Positions 8,934 to 17,055 are shown, counted from the first letter of the stretch. The stretch is DNA of 64,000 nucleotides from Protaetiibacter sp. (GCA_047605085.1 JASGGJ010000002.1:1689-65688), one strand, 5' to 3'. Notes: generated from the letters alone by a model not told the origin. Program-made: numbers and translations.

Positions 8934-9659
8934 ATGACGCAGCACGTCGCGATCGTGACCGGAGCGGCCCAGGGCATCGGAGCCGCCATCGCCAAGGAAC
9001 TGGCCGCAGACGGCGTCACCGTCGTCGTCACCGACATCAACCTCGAGGGCGCGGCGAAGGTCGCCGAGGAGATCGGCGGCGTCGCCAAGCTCCTCGACGT
9101 GTCCGACCCCGTGCAGGCGAACGCCGTGGTCGCCGAGGTCGTGGGCGAGTTCGGGCACCTCGACATCCTCGTCAATAACGCGGGTCTTGTGCCCTTCACC
9201 CCCTTTGATGACCTCACCATCGAGCAGTGGCGTCGCACCTTCTCGGTCAACGGCGAAGGGCTCTTCAACATGACGAAGGCCGCGGTCGAGGCGATGAAGC
9301 CGGGCGGATACGGCCGGATCGTGAACATTGCATCCAACACCTTCGTCGCGGGCACCCCGAACTGCGCCGACTACGTCGCCACCAAGGGAGCCGTCGTCGG
9401 ATTCACGCGCGCGGTCGCGGGCGAGATCGGCAAGTACGGCATCACCATCAACGCGGTGGCTCCCGGCATCATCGCGAGCGAGGGCGTGTTCACGACCGGG
9501 CACGGCGCCGGCTTCGACTACGTGGTGCCGATGCAGGCCTTCGACCGTCGTGGTGTGCCGGCGGATGTCGCACCCGCCGTGGCGTTCCTGGCGTCGGAGA
9601 AGGCGGCGTGGGTCACCGGTCAGTTGCTCGTGGTCGACGGCGGTCACACCCGGAACTGA
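8934..9659 (+). CDS. Pyridoxal 4-dehydrogenase (SDR family)
   Basis: TGAAQGIG, NNAG.VPF, ASNTF.AGTPN, YVATK (YxxxK) and GKYGIT.NAV match M. loti Mlr6807 as recalled. Confidence 0.85.
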   Translation: MTQHVAIVTGAAQGIGAAIAKELAADGVTVVVTDINLEGAAKVAEEIGGVAKLLDVSDPVQANAVVAEVVGEFGHLDILVNNAGLVPFTPFDDLTIEQWRRTFSVNGEGLFNMTKAAVEAMKPGGYGRIVNIASNTFVAGTPNCADYVATKGAVVGFTRAVAGEIGKYGITINAVAPGIIASEGVFTTGHGAGFDYVVPMQAFDRRGVPADVAPAVAFLASEKAAWVTGQLLVVDGGHTRN

Positions 9660-9667
9660 GTCCCCGG

Positions 9668-11215
9668 GTGACCAGCGCGGCCGACGTCCTCGTCATCGGT
9701 GCCGGCTCAGCCGGCAGCGTCATCGCCAACCGGCTCACGGCCGACCCGGCCCGCCGCGTCATCCTCCTCGAGGCGGGCGGACGGGTCGACGACCCCGACA
9801 TGCGGCGACCGGAGCTCTGGCCGTTCATCCAGGGGCGCAGCTACGACTGGGACTTCGTCACGACGCCGCAGCCGAGGCTCGGCGGTCGCTCGCTGCGCTG
9901 GGCCAGGGGCAAGGGGCTCGGCGGCTCGAGCCTCCTCCACGCCAACGCCCACATGCGCGGATGCCGCGCCGACTTCGACCGGTGGGTGGCCACCACGGGA
10001 GATCCGCGCTGGTCGTGGGACGGCCTGCTCCCGTACTTCATCGGGATGGAGGACTTCTCCGGGGGCGGATCCGAGGTGCACGGCGTTGGGGGGCCGCTCC
10101 CGGTGCTGCTCCCCGGCGCCGAGCTCGTCAGTCCGCTTGTACGCGACTACCTCGCGGCCTGGGCATCTCTCGGGGTTGGGCGCATCGCGGACCACAACGG
10201 CGGCGAGATGCTCGGCGCCACCCCCAACTCTCTCACCATCCGGGGCGGCGAACGGGTCACGGTGGCGGATGCCTACCTCGACCCGGTGCTCGACCGGCCG
10301 AATCTGAGCGTGCGAACCGGAGCCACCGTGCACCGCCTGCTGCTCGGAGGTGGCCGGTGCACGGGTGCCGAGGTCGAGATCGGCGGCGGACTCGTCACGG
10401 TCGAGGCGGATGAGGTGATCCTCGCGGCCGGATCGCTCGCCGACCCGCTCCTCCTCATGCGGTCGGGCGTCGGCGACCCCGATGTGCTCGCGGCGGCAGG
10501 CGTCGAGACGATCGTCGAATCCCGCGGCGTGGGCAAGAACCTGCACGACCATCTCCTCGGCGCCGGCAACCTCTACCGTTCCGCGCGTCCGGTGCCGCCG
10601 ACGCGGCTGAACCTCTCGGAATCGATGTCGTACCAGTCGGCGAAGGGGCCCGGCGAGACCGCGGGGCCGGCCGACGTCGTCGTCGGCTGCGTCGTCGGAC
10701 CGAGCGCGTCGGAGTCGTTCGCCGTCACCGCGCGGCCGGGCGAGGCCTACACGCTGCTCTTCGGCGTCACGAACCCGACGAGCCGCGGCGAGCTCCGGAT
10801 CAGCGGCCCGTCGATCGACGACGCGCCGGTCATCGACCCGCGCTACCTCGACACGGAGCACGACCGGGCCATGTTCCGGCTCGCGCTCGAACGCGCGCGG
10901 CTCGTGGGGGCATCGGAGGGGTTGTCAGAATGGCGGGAGAGCGAACTGCTGCCTGGCGCTGGCGTGAGCGCCGAGGCTGAGGTCGACGCCTTCATCGCCG
11001 CGGCCGCGATCACCCACCACCACCCGGTCGGAACGCTTCGGATGGGGAGCGACGACGATGCGCCCGTGACCCCCGAGCTGGCCTTCCGCGGCATCGACGG
11101 CCTCCACGTCGCTGACGCCGCGGTCATCCCCTCGATCACGGCCGGCCCCGTGCATGCGCCCGTGCTCGCGATCGCGGAGTCCTTCTCGGCGGCTTTCGTC
11201 GGGGGTGCTCGATGA
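9668..11215 (+). CDS. pno: Pyridoxine 4-oxidase (GMC oxidoreductase)
   Basis: GAGSAG FAD motif, WARGKGLGGSSLLHA, DHLLGAGNLY, ITHHHP catalytic segment and TAGP.HA, as in Microbacterium luteolum and M. loti PNO. GTG start at 9668. Confidence 0.88.
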   Translation: MTSAADVLVIGAGSAGSVIANRLTADPARRVILLEAGGRVDDPDMRRPELWPFIQGRSYDWDFVTTPQPRLGGRSLRWARGKGLGGSSLLHANAHMRGCRADFDRWVATTGDPRWSWDGLLPYFIGMEDFSGGGSEVHGVGGPLPVLLPGAELVSPLVRDYLAAWASLGVGRIADHNGGEMLGATPNSLTIRGGERVTVADAYLDPVLDRPNLSVRTGATVHRLLLGGGRCTGAEVEIGGGLVTVEADEVILAAGSLADPLLLMRSGVGDPDVLAAAGVETIVESRGVGKNLHDHLLGAGNLYRSARPVPPTRLNLSESMSYQSAKGPGETAGPADVVVGCVVGPSASESFAVTARPGEAYTLLFGVTNPTSRGELRISGPSIDDAPVIDPRYLDTEHDRAMFRLALERARLVGASEGLSEWRESELLPGAGVSAEAEVDAFIAAAAITHHHPVGTLRMGSDDDAPVTPELAFRGIDGLHVADAAVIPSITAGPVHAPVLAIAESFSAAFVGGAR

Positions 11216-11269
11216 GCGCGGCGGACGAGGACGATCGCGTGACCGGGACAGACGCCAGAGGCAGGACGC

Positions 11270-11983
11270 CTACGCGCCGAGGAACAGCCGCTGTGCCGTC
11301 CCGTTCATGACGGCGTCGAGGTCGTCGGGGGCCAGCCCCGCGAGCTGCACCTTGAGCTGCTCGACCTTGGGCTCGTGCCAGGGACCATCCGAGCCGTACA
11401 TCACCCGGTCGGCACCGACCTTCGCTACCGCCTCGGCGATCTTGAGGCTCATCGGCATCCCGCTGGTCTCGAGCCAGACGTTCGGATGCCGTGCGGCGAT
11501 CTTGATCGAGGCGTCGATGTAGACGATGTTGCCGTGGCCCATGTGGCCGAGGACGATCTTGGCCTCCGGATAGCGGATGATGAGCTCCTCGATGCTCCAG
11601 GGCAGCGAGAAGATCGGGTGCCCGCAGTGGATGAGGGCAGGCAGTCCGTGCTCGATGAGCACCTCGATGATCGGATGCACCATCGGGTCGTCCGGAAGGA
11701 ACCCGCCGAATAACGGGTGCAGCTTGACGCCGCGCACCTTCGGATCCCGGAGGTACTCGCGCAGCTCGTCGACCGTATCGACACGCTTCGGGTCCGCCCA
11801 GTAGAGCTGGTAGGCGCCGGGGATGTCGGCGACGACCCGCCTGACCATCGCGTTGTCCTCGTGGAACACCATCGCGGTGTCGATGTCGTTGGCGGCGAGA
11901 TACGGCGCGAGCCCGTCGGCGTCGAGCCTCACGCCAGACATCGGGAAGTCGCCCACGTGGAAGTGGGCGTCGGTGATCGCCAT
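11270..11983 (-). CDS. Amidohydrolase-family (Amidohydro_2) metal-dependent enzyme, substrate unknown
   Basis: DAHFH, GVKLHP, IHCG, LGHMG and YGSD metal-ligand motifs. Confidence 0.82.
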   Translation of the reverse strand: MAITDAHFHVGDFPMSGVRLDADGLAPYLAANDIDTAMVFHEDNAMVRRVVADIPGAYQLYWADPKRVDTVDELREYLRDPKVRGVKLHPLFGGFLPDDPMVHPIIEVLIEHGLPALIHCGHPIFSLPWSIEELIIRYPEAKIVLGHMGHGNIVYIDASIKIAARHPNVWLETSGMPMSLKIAEAVAKVGADRVMYGSDGPWHEPKVEQLKVQLAGLAPDDLDAVMNGTAQRLFLGA

Positions 11984-12438
11984 CAGCGGCTCCAGATGCC
12001 GACCGTCCGCGCCTGCTCGATGATCGCGTCCGCGTACCCGGCGAGGAAGTCCTCACGGCTCGGCTCGCCCTCGACGGCGCGGCTCAGCGCGTAGACCCAG
12101 AAGTAGTAGTGGTGGTCGCCGTGCCCGACGGGCGGCTGCGGCCCGTAGTACTCGGTCGAGCCCGCGCCGTTCGGGCCGGCGTGCACGCCGGGGGCCGCGA
12201 GGTCGAGCGAGGTGGCGTCGGGGGAGATGCCGTAGACGACCCAGTGGGTGAATCCCTGGGGGAGCGGTGCGTCGGGGTCGTGGCAGATGATCGCGTACTC
12301 GACGGTCCCCTCGGGGGCGCCAGAGAACTCGAGGCGCGGGACGGAGTTGCCGCCGTCGGCGGTGAACTCGAACGGGAACCGGCCGAGTGCCGGGATGTCG
12401 GGGCTCGAGATGGTGAGCCGGTCGATGAAGAGCGCCAT
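11983..12438 (-). CDS. YbhB/YbcL family (PEBP/RKIP-like) protein
   Basis: DPDAP, FTHW, GPQPP.GHGDHHYYFWVYAL motifs. ATG at 12438 follows an AAGGA RBS. Confidence 0.9.
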   Translation of the reverse strand: MALFIDRLTISSPDIPALGRFPFEFTADGGNSVPRLEFSGAPEGTVEYAIICHDPDAPLPQGFTHWVVYGISPDATSLDLAAPGVHAGPNGAGSTEYYGPQPPVGHGDHHYYFWVYALSRAVEGEPSREDFLAGYADAIIEQARTVGIWSR

Positions 12439-12505
12439 GTGCTCGTCCTTTCCTGGGGATCTTTTCGCGTGGGCGGGTGGATGGGGTGCTCGGGGATTGC
12501 GGGGC

Positions 12506-13348
12506 TCAGGCGGCGAGAAGCCGCTCGAGCTCGTTCGTGACGATCTCCGGGAACTCCTCCGGAATGTAGTGGTCGGCGCCCGCGACGACGAGACGACGGT
12601 CGTCCGGGCGGTCGCGCGATGCCGCATCCCACGCCGTCTCGCTCACGATGCGGCTGTCCGCGCCGCGGAGGCTCGTCATGGGGGCGGAGACCGCGCGGAA
12701 CTCGGCGTCCCACGGGGTGCGGAACCCCGCGATGAGCTGCTGCATCGCGTCGGCGGATGCCAGCGGCCGCCAGGATCCGTTCGCGCCGAGGGCGTATCCC
12801 CAGCGGGCACGCCTCTTCACAGCGCCCTCCGAGATCCGCGGATAGCGCTCCCGCAGGTAGTTCTCGATGCTCGCCACGTCGGGGAAGGAGCGGTCGCCGC
12901 CCGCGACCCGGAGAGCGAGCTCGTCGAGCACCGGGGTCTCGACGTACGGCACGTAGTCGACATTGAGCACACCGGTCACCCGCTCGGGGAAGAGGGCGGC
13001 GGTGAGCCACGAGTTGCGCCCGCCGAGCGAATGCCCGCCCACGATCGCCCGCTCGATGCCGAGCGCGTCGAGCACGGTCACCACGTCGGAGGCGAAGTCG
13101 GGTCCGGCGTATCCGCTCGCGGGCTTGTCGCTGCGACCGTGCCCCCGCTGATCGAGGGCGACGACCGTCGCGCGCGCGGCGAGGGACTCCGCGATCGGCT
13201 CCCACACGGCGTGGTTCGCCGAGGTGCCGTGCAGCAGCACGATCGCCGGTCCGGTGCCCCGCACCCGGAACGCGATGTCAACATCGGCGCCCCGCGTGCG
13301 GGTGAGTCCGTCCGCGATCGTCTCGAGGCCGACCGCGGACGCCATCAC
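12506..13348 (-). CDS. 2-(acetamidomethylene)succinate hydrolase (alpha/beta hydrolase)
   Basis: DQRGHG.SDKP, GHSLGGRN nucleophile elbow, PYVET, RPLAS..AM and GADHY match M. loti Mlr6787 as recalled. Confidence 0.85.
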   Translation of the reverse strand: MMASAVGLETIADGLTRTRGADVDIAFRVRGTGPAIVLLHGTSANHAVWEPIAESLAARATVVALDQRGHGRSDKPASGYAGPDFASDVVTVLDALGIERAIVGGHSLGGRNSWLTAALFPERVTGVLNVDYVPYVETPVLDELALRVAGGDRSFPDVASIENYLRERYPRISEGAVKRRARWGYALGANGSWRPLASADAMQQLIAGFRTPWDAEFRAVSAPMTSLRGADSRIVSETAWDAASRDRPDDRRLVVAGADHYIPEEFPEIVTNELERLLAA

Positions 13349-14286
13349 ACGTTGGGGATGGAGGAGAGCGTCTTCCGGGCCGCGACGAGGCCCGTGATGA
13401 TCTCGCCGCGCTTCGCCGCGACCGCCTCTGGTCCGTCGTACTCGTACATGCCGCTGCCGGTCTTGAACCCGAGGGTCCCCGCGGCGATCTTCTCATCGAC
13501 GAGCGGCGGGGTGTCCTTGCGGTCGGCGAGGTCGGCGTTGAGGTAACCCGACACGGCCTTGTAGATGTCGAGGCCCGCCATGTCGAGCAGCCGCGTCGGG
13601 CCGATCACCGAGAGCTTGTAGCCGATGCCCCACTTGACGCAGGCGTCGAGCCCTTCTGGGGTGACGATGCCACGCTCGAGCAGGTCGAGACACTCGCGGA
13701 GGATCGCGTAGAGCACCCGGTTCTCGACGAATCCGGGGGTCTCCTTCTCCACGACCGGCACGTAGTCGAACGCGGTGACGATGCCGACGAGCTCGTCGAC
13801 GAGGGTCGGGTCGGTCGCCTCGCCGGGGATCACCTCGATCATCGGGATCAGGTGGGGCGGGTTCGACCAGTGCATGCCGATCAGACGGCCGGGGACGCGC
13901 ATCCCCTTCGCCATGGTCGTGATGGGGATGCCCGAGGTGTTGGAGGCGATGATGACGTCGTCGCCGATCAATCCGCCTTCGAGCTGCTCGAAGAGCTGCT
14001 GTTTGAGCTCCAGGCGCTCGGGGATCGCCTCGATGATGAACTCGCTGCCCGTGACCGCCGCGGCCAGGTCGATCCCGAACGACACGGAGCCGCCCTCTGC
14101 CTTCGGGGTGCCGACGGTCTCCAGGACGCCGTTCACCATCGCATAGGACGCCTTGGCGTTCTCGATGGCGGCCTCGGAGATGTCGTAGAGACGCACGACG
14201 ACGCCGGCTCGGGCGAGGGTCGCGGCGATGCCGGGCCCCATCGTCCCTGAGCCGATCACGGTGGCGATCGCGGGGAGGCTGCTCAT
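13345..14286 (-). CDS. 5-formyl-3-hydroxy-2-methylpyridine-4-carboxylate (FHMPC) 5-dehydrogenase
   Basis: 3-hydroxyacyl-CoA dehydrogenase fold with GTMGPG, SGIPIT, GMHWSNPPH, PGFVENRVLYA, WGIGYK and LLDMAGLDIY, as in M. loti Mlr6793. Confidence 0.87.
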   Translation of the reverse strand: MSSLPAIATVIGSGTMGPGIAATLARAGVVVRLYDISEAAIENAKASYAMVNGVLETVGTPKAEGGSVSFGIDLAAAVTGSEFIIEAIPERLELKQQLFEQLEGGLIGDDVIIASNTSGIPITTMAKGMRVPGRLIGMHWSNPPHLIPMIEVIPGEATDPTLVDELVGIVTAFDYVPVVEKETPGFVENRVLYAILRECLDLLERGIVTPEGLDACVKWGIGYKLSVIGPTRLLDMAGLDIYKAVSGYLNADLADRKDTPPLVDEKIAAGTLGFKTGSGMYEYDGPEAVAAKRGEIITGLVAARKTLSSIPNV

Positions 14287-14322
14287 AACTGGTGCTCCTT
14301 GTCGTGTCGGGGTGGTACGGGG

Positions 14323-15105
14323 TCAGACGCCGGGCGGGAGACTGATCTGGGAGATGCCGATGCCCTGGAGGGCCTCGACGCGTTCGAGCCGGCGGTTGAA
14401 GTAGGTCCAGAAGTTGTGCTGCGCCTTGGCCGGGTAGATGCGATCGAACTTCTCCTTCGCCTCCTCCGGGTCGGGGGTGATCGGGGTGAAGCCCGATGAC
14501 TTCAGGTCGACCTGGAAGCGGGCGGCCTTCTCCAGGAAGATCCCGGTGAGGGTCACCTCGGCCACCGTCGAGCCGACGAAGGCGACGCCGTGGTTCGCCA
14601 GCAGGAGCGCCTGGGCCGAGGGGCCGAGTGCGCGTGCCGCGGCGACGCCCAGTTCGACGGTCGTGATGATGTGGCAGGTCTCGGCGAAGCGCGGCACGCC
14701 GTCGTAGGCGAACCAGATCCCGTGGTTGTTGTACGGGATCAGCTCCTCGGTGGACGCGCCGAGGATGGTCGAGAAGTGCGGGTGCGAGTGGCCGACGAAG
14801 TTGACGTCGGGCCGCGCCCTCATGATCTCGGCGTGCAGCGGCCATTCGAGGTGGCGGAGACCGGTGCCCTCGAGCACGTTCCCGTCGAAGTCGATGAGGA
14901 TGAAGTCGTCGCCCTCGACCTCGGAGAGCGCCAGGTTGCCGCGCTTGAGCCACAGGCCACGGCCGAAGGGGTCGCGGTAGGAGAGGTGGCCCATCGACAT
15001 GTCGCCGTGCCCCTCGAGCTCGAGGATCCGGTGGGCGCGGGCGACGTCGGCGAGCACGCTCGCGATGGACGCGTCCTCGAAGTACTGGCTGTGCTGATAG
15101 CTCAC
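14323..15105 (-). CDS. Class II aldolase/adducin-fold protein, probable 3-hydroxy-2-methylpyridine-4,5-dicarboxylate 4-decarboxylase
   Basis: GHLSYRDP, E..LH.EI...RPDV, HSH and NHGV metal ligands; same fold as Mlr6791; position in the lower-pathway operon. Confidence 0.72.
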   Translation of the reverse strand: MSYQHSQYFEDASIASVLADVARAHRILELEGHGDMSMGHLSYRDPFGRGLWLKRGNLALSEVEGDDFILIDFDGNVLEGTGLRHLEWPLHAEIMRARPDVNFVGHSHPHFSTILGASTEELIPYNNHGIWFAYDGVPRFAETCHIITTVELGVAAARALGPSAQALLLANHGVAFVGSTVAEVTLTGIFLEKAARFQVDLKSSGFTPITPDPEEAKEKFDRIYPAKAQHNFWTYFNRRLERVEALQGIGISQISLPPGV

Positions 15106-15136
15106 GGTGTCTCCTGGTCTGCGAAGTGCGGGACGA

Positions 15137-15721
15137 TCACGGGGTGCGGGCGAGCGCTTCGGCGACGGTCATCCCGCCGACGCGGGCGTTGACGCGTCCC
15201 GCGCTCGCGACGGCCACGATGATGGCGAGCTCGTCGGCGCGCGGGGCGTCGGGGAGCGCGATCGTCATCGCGTCGTAGTGCGATCGAACGTAGACCTCGT
15301 CCTTGAACGCGAGCGGGATGTCGATCTGCGCTCCCGCGCCCGCGACCTTCGACGCGGACGAGATCCAGGCCTTCCCGCCGCCGACCGCGTCGCGGAACGC
15401 ATCGCCGAACACGGTCGTGATGCAGGCGACGACATGCTCCTGCTCGCCGTCGAGGCCCGCGATCCCGCCCTTTCCGTAGGACTCGACCGGCAGCCCGCCG
15501 AGCAGGGCGGCGGCGCGGCGCCCGAGCTCGGTGCCGAGGCTCGCGCTCGCGGCGGTGAGCGGCGAGAGGTCGGGCTCCCAGCGGCCGGCGAACGGGTTGG
15601 CGATGACGACCGCAACCGCGGCCTTGACGAGGGGCACCGCCGGCGCCGGGCCGACTCCGTGGAGCGTCTCCTCGACGAAGGAGTGGAACGCGCGGACCTG
15701 GTAGTACGGATCGATGCTCAT
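15137..15721 (-). CDS. DUF1185 / 'amino acid synthesis' family protein
   Basis: NPFAG, ESYGK, GEQEH, IDIPL..K....RSHYD and DAPRADE motifs. Confidence 0.8.
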   Translation of the reverse strand: MSIDPYYQVRAFHSFVEETLHGVGPAPAVPLVKAAVAVVIANPFAGRWEPDLSPLTAASASLGTELGRRAAALLGGLPVESYGKGGIAGLDGEQEHVVACITTVFGDAFRDAVGGGKAWISSASKVAGAGAQIDIPLAFKDEVYVRSHYDAMTIALPDAPRADELAIIVAVASAGRVNARVGGMTVAEALARTP

Positions 15722-16854
15722 GCGGCCACCTCGTGCCGGTGCGGGTCGGTCGGGTTGTACAGCGCGGTCTCCAAAACCTCGCCTTGGAACTGGCCGCCCT
15801 CCGCCATCTTGCGAGTGTCGGCGTAGTACTGGGAGCGGTCTTGGGCGCGATCGGTGTAGGGGCGCTCCAGGCGCTCCCAGGTGACGAGGGCGTCCGCGAG
15901 CTGTGCCTCGCTCGCCTCAGTGGCCGCGGTGGCGAGGGTCCAGGCGTTCTGCATGGCCGTGCCGGCGCCCTGAGCGAGGGCGGGGCACATCGCGTGCGCG
16001 GCGTCGCCGATGAGGGCGACCCTCCCCTCGGTCCAGTGGTCGAGACGCGTGGTCTGGTAGCCGTAGTACCGTCCGGGCAGCTTCGCCGCCTCCTTCAGGA
16101 GGGGGGCCAGGCGCGGGTGGTTCTCGGTCCACACCTCGAGGTCGATCGGCACCCGGGAGCCCTCGGCGTCGTCGGCGGGAGCCATCAGCGCGATGTAGGT
16201 CTCGTCCGCGTTGCACGGCACGTACAGCACGCGGAGCACGCGCGGCTCGAGGTTCCAGAAGTCGATGTAGTTGTCCCAGTTGGTGTCGGGGTCGAGCGCC
16301 TGCAGCTCCGCGCGGCTCGAGGGCACGAGGAACCGGGTGATCCCGTCGCGCGAGCGCTCGCGCTTGAGCGAGATGCCGAGCGAGTCGCGCACCGTCGAGC
16401 CGACGCCGTCCGCGCCGACGATGAGGTCGGCCTCCGCGGACTCGCCATTCGCGAAGGTGATGACACCGTCCGGGGTCGCGCCGCTCACCTCCGAGTCCGG
16501 AACGATCTCGACCCCCGATTCGCGCGCGGCGTAGAGCAGTGTCTTGTACAGGTGGGGGCGGGTCACCGACAGCCATCTCACGCCCTCGAGCGCCTCCTGA
16601 GAGCGGATCTCGCCGTTCATCCGCGTCTCGTAGTACGGCGAGCGCATGGCACGGGACTCGAGATCATGGGTCGCCCCCAGCTTGTCGAGCACCTGAAGGC
16701 TGTTGCCCCAGAGCACGATGCCGGCGCCCTCCGCCCGAAGCTCCGCCGCGCGTTCGTGCACCCGGACACTCCAGCCCTTGTGGGCCAGGGCGGTTGCGAC
16801 GGTCAGCCCAGCGAACCCGGCACCTGAGATCTCCGCTCGACGGGGGATCGGCAT
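15718..16854 (-). CDS. 2-methyl-3-hydroxypyridine-5-carboxylate oxygenase (MHPCO, ring-cleaving flavoprotein)
   Basis: RRAE..G.GFAGLT, ELRA.GAGI.LW, ADLIVGADGVGS, WDN.ID.WN..PRV.R.LY.PCN, VPIDLEVW and GDAAHAMCPALAQGAG match MHPCO. ATG at 16854 follows AAGGAG. Confidence 0.9.
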   Translation of the reverse strand: MPIPRRAEISGAGFAGLTVATALAHKGWSVRVHERAAELRAEGAGIVLWGNSLQVLDKLGATHDLESRAMRSPYYETRMNGEIRSQEALEGVRWLSVTRPHLYKTLLYAARESGVEIVPDSEVSGATPDGVITFANGESAEADLIVGADGVGSTVRDSLGISLKRERSRDGITRFLVPSSRAELQALDPDTNWDNYIDFWNLEPRVLRVLYVPCNADETYIALMAPADDAEGSRVPIDLEVWTENHPRLAPLLKEAAKLPGRYYGYQTTRLDHWTEGRVALIGDAAHAMCPALAQGAGTAMQNAWTLATAATEASEAQLADALVTWERLERPYTDRAQDRSQYYADTRKMAEGGQFQGEVLETALYNPTDPHRHEVAA

Positions 16855-16876
16855 CTGGTTCTCCTTGCGTCCTGAT

Positions 16877-16983
16877 TTCTTACGATCTGATTTTGCTTTC
16901 TCGTATTGCAAGATACTGTAGCGACGGCGAGCGGAAGGCAAGACCGCTGCAGCAGGAAGCCCAGCTTTTTACACGGCCGTAAC
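16877..16983 (-). promoter_or_regulatory. Promoter P3 region with tandem operator and GlnR-like box
   Basis: ttcttacgatctgattt (16877-16893) and ttctcgtattgcaagat (16898-16914); minus-strand TACAGT -10 at 16920-16915; TTTAC-N6-GTAAC at 16968-16983. Confidence 0.62.
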
Positions 16984-17055
16984 ACCGGCGAGCTCCGGGC
17001 GCTCGTCGCCGCCGGGGACGCGGAAGCCCCGCGCGGCCTGGGTAGGCTGGGCGGC

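Noticed and set aside
13345-14286. Fatty-acid beta-oxidation 3-hydroxyacyl-CoA dehydrogenase
   Set aside because: HWSNPPH and WGIGYK variants and the context fit FHMPC dehydrogenase; no CoA-pathway genes are nearby.
441-17000. Integrase-mobilised genomic island
   Set aside because: No integrase, tRNA or flanking direct repeats are visible; the left boundary may lie outside the window.
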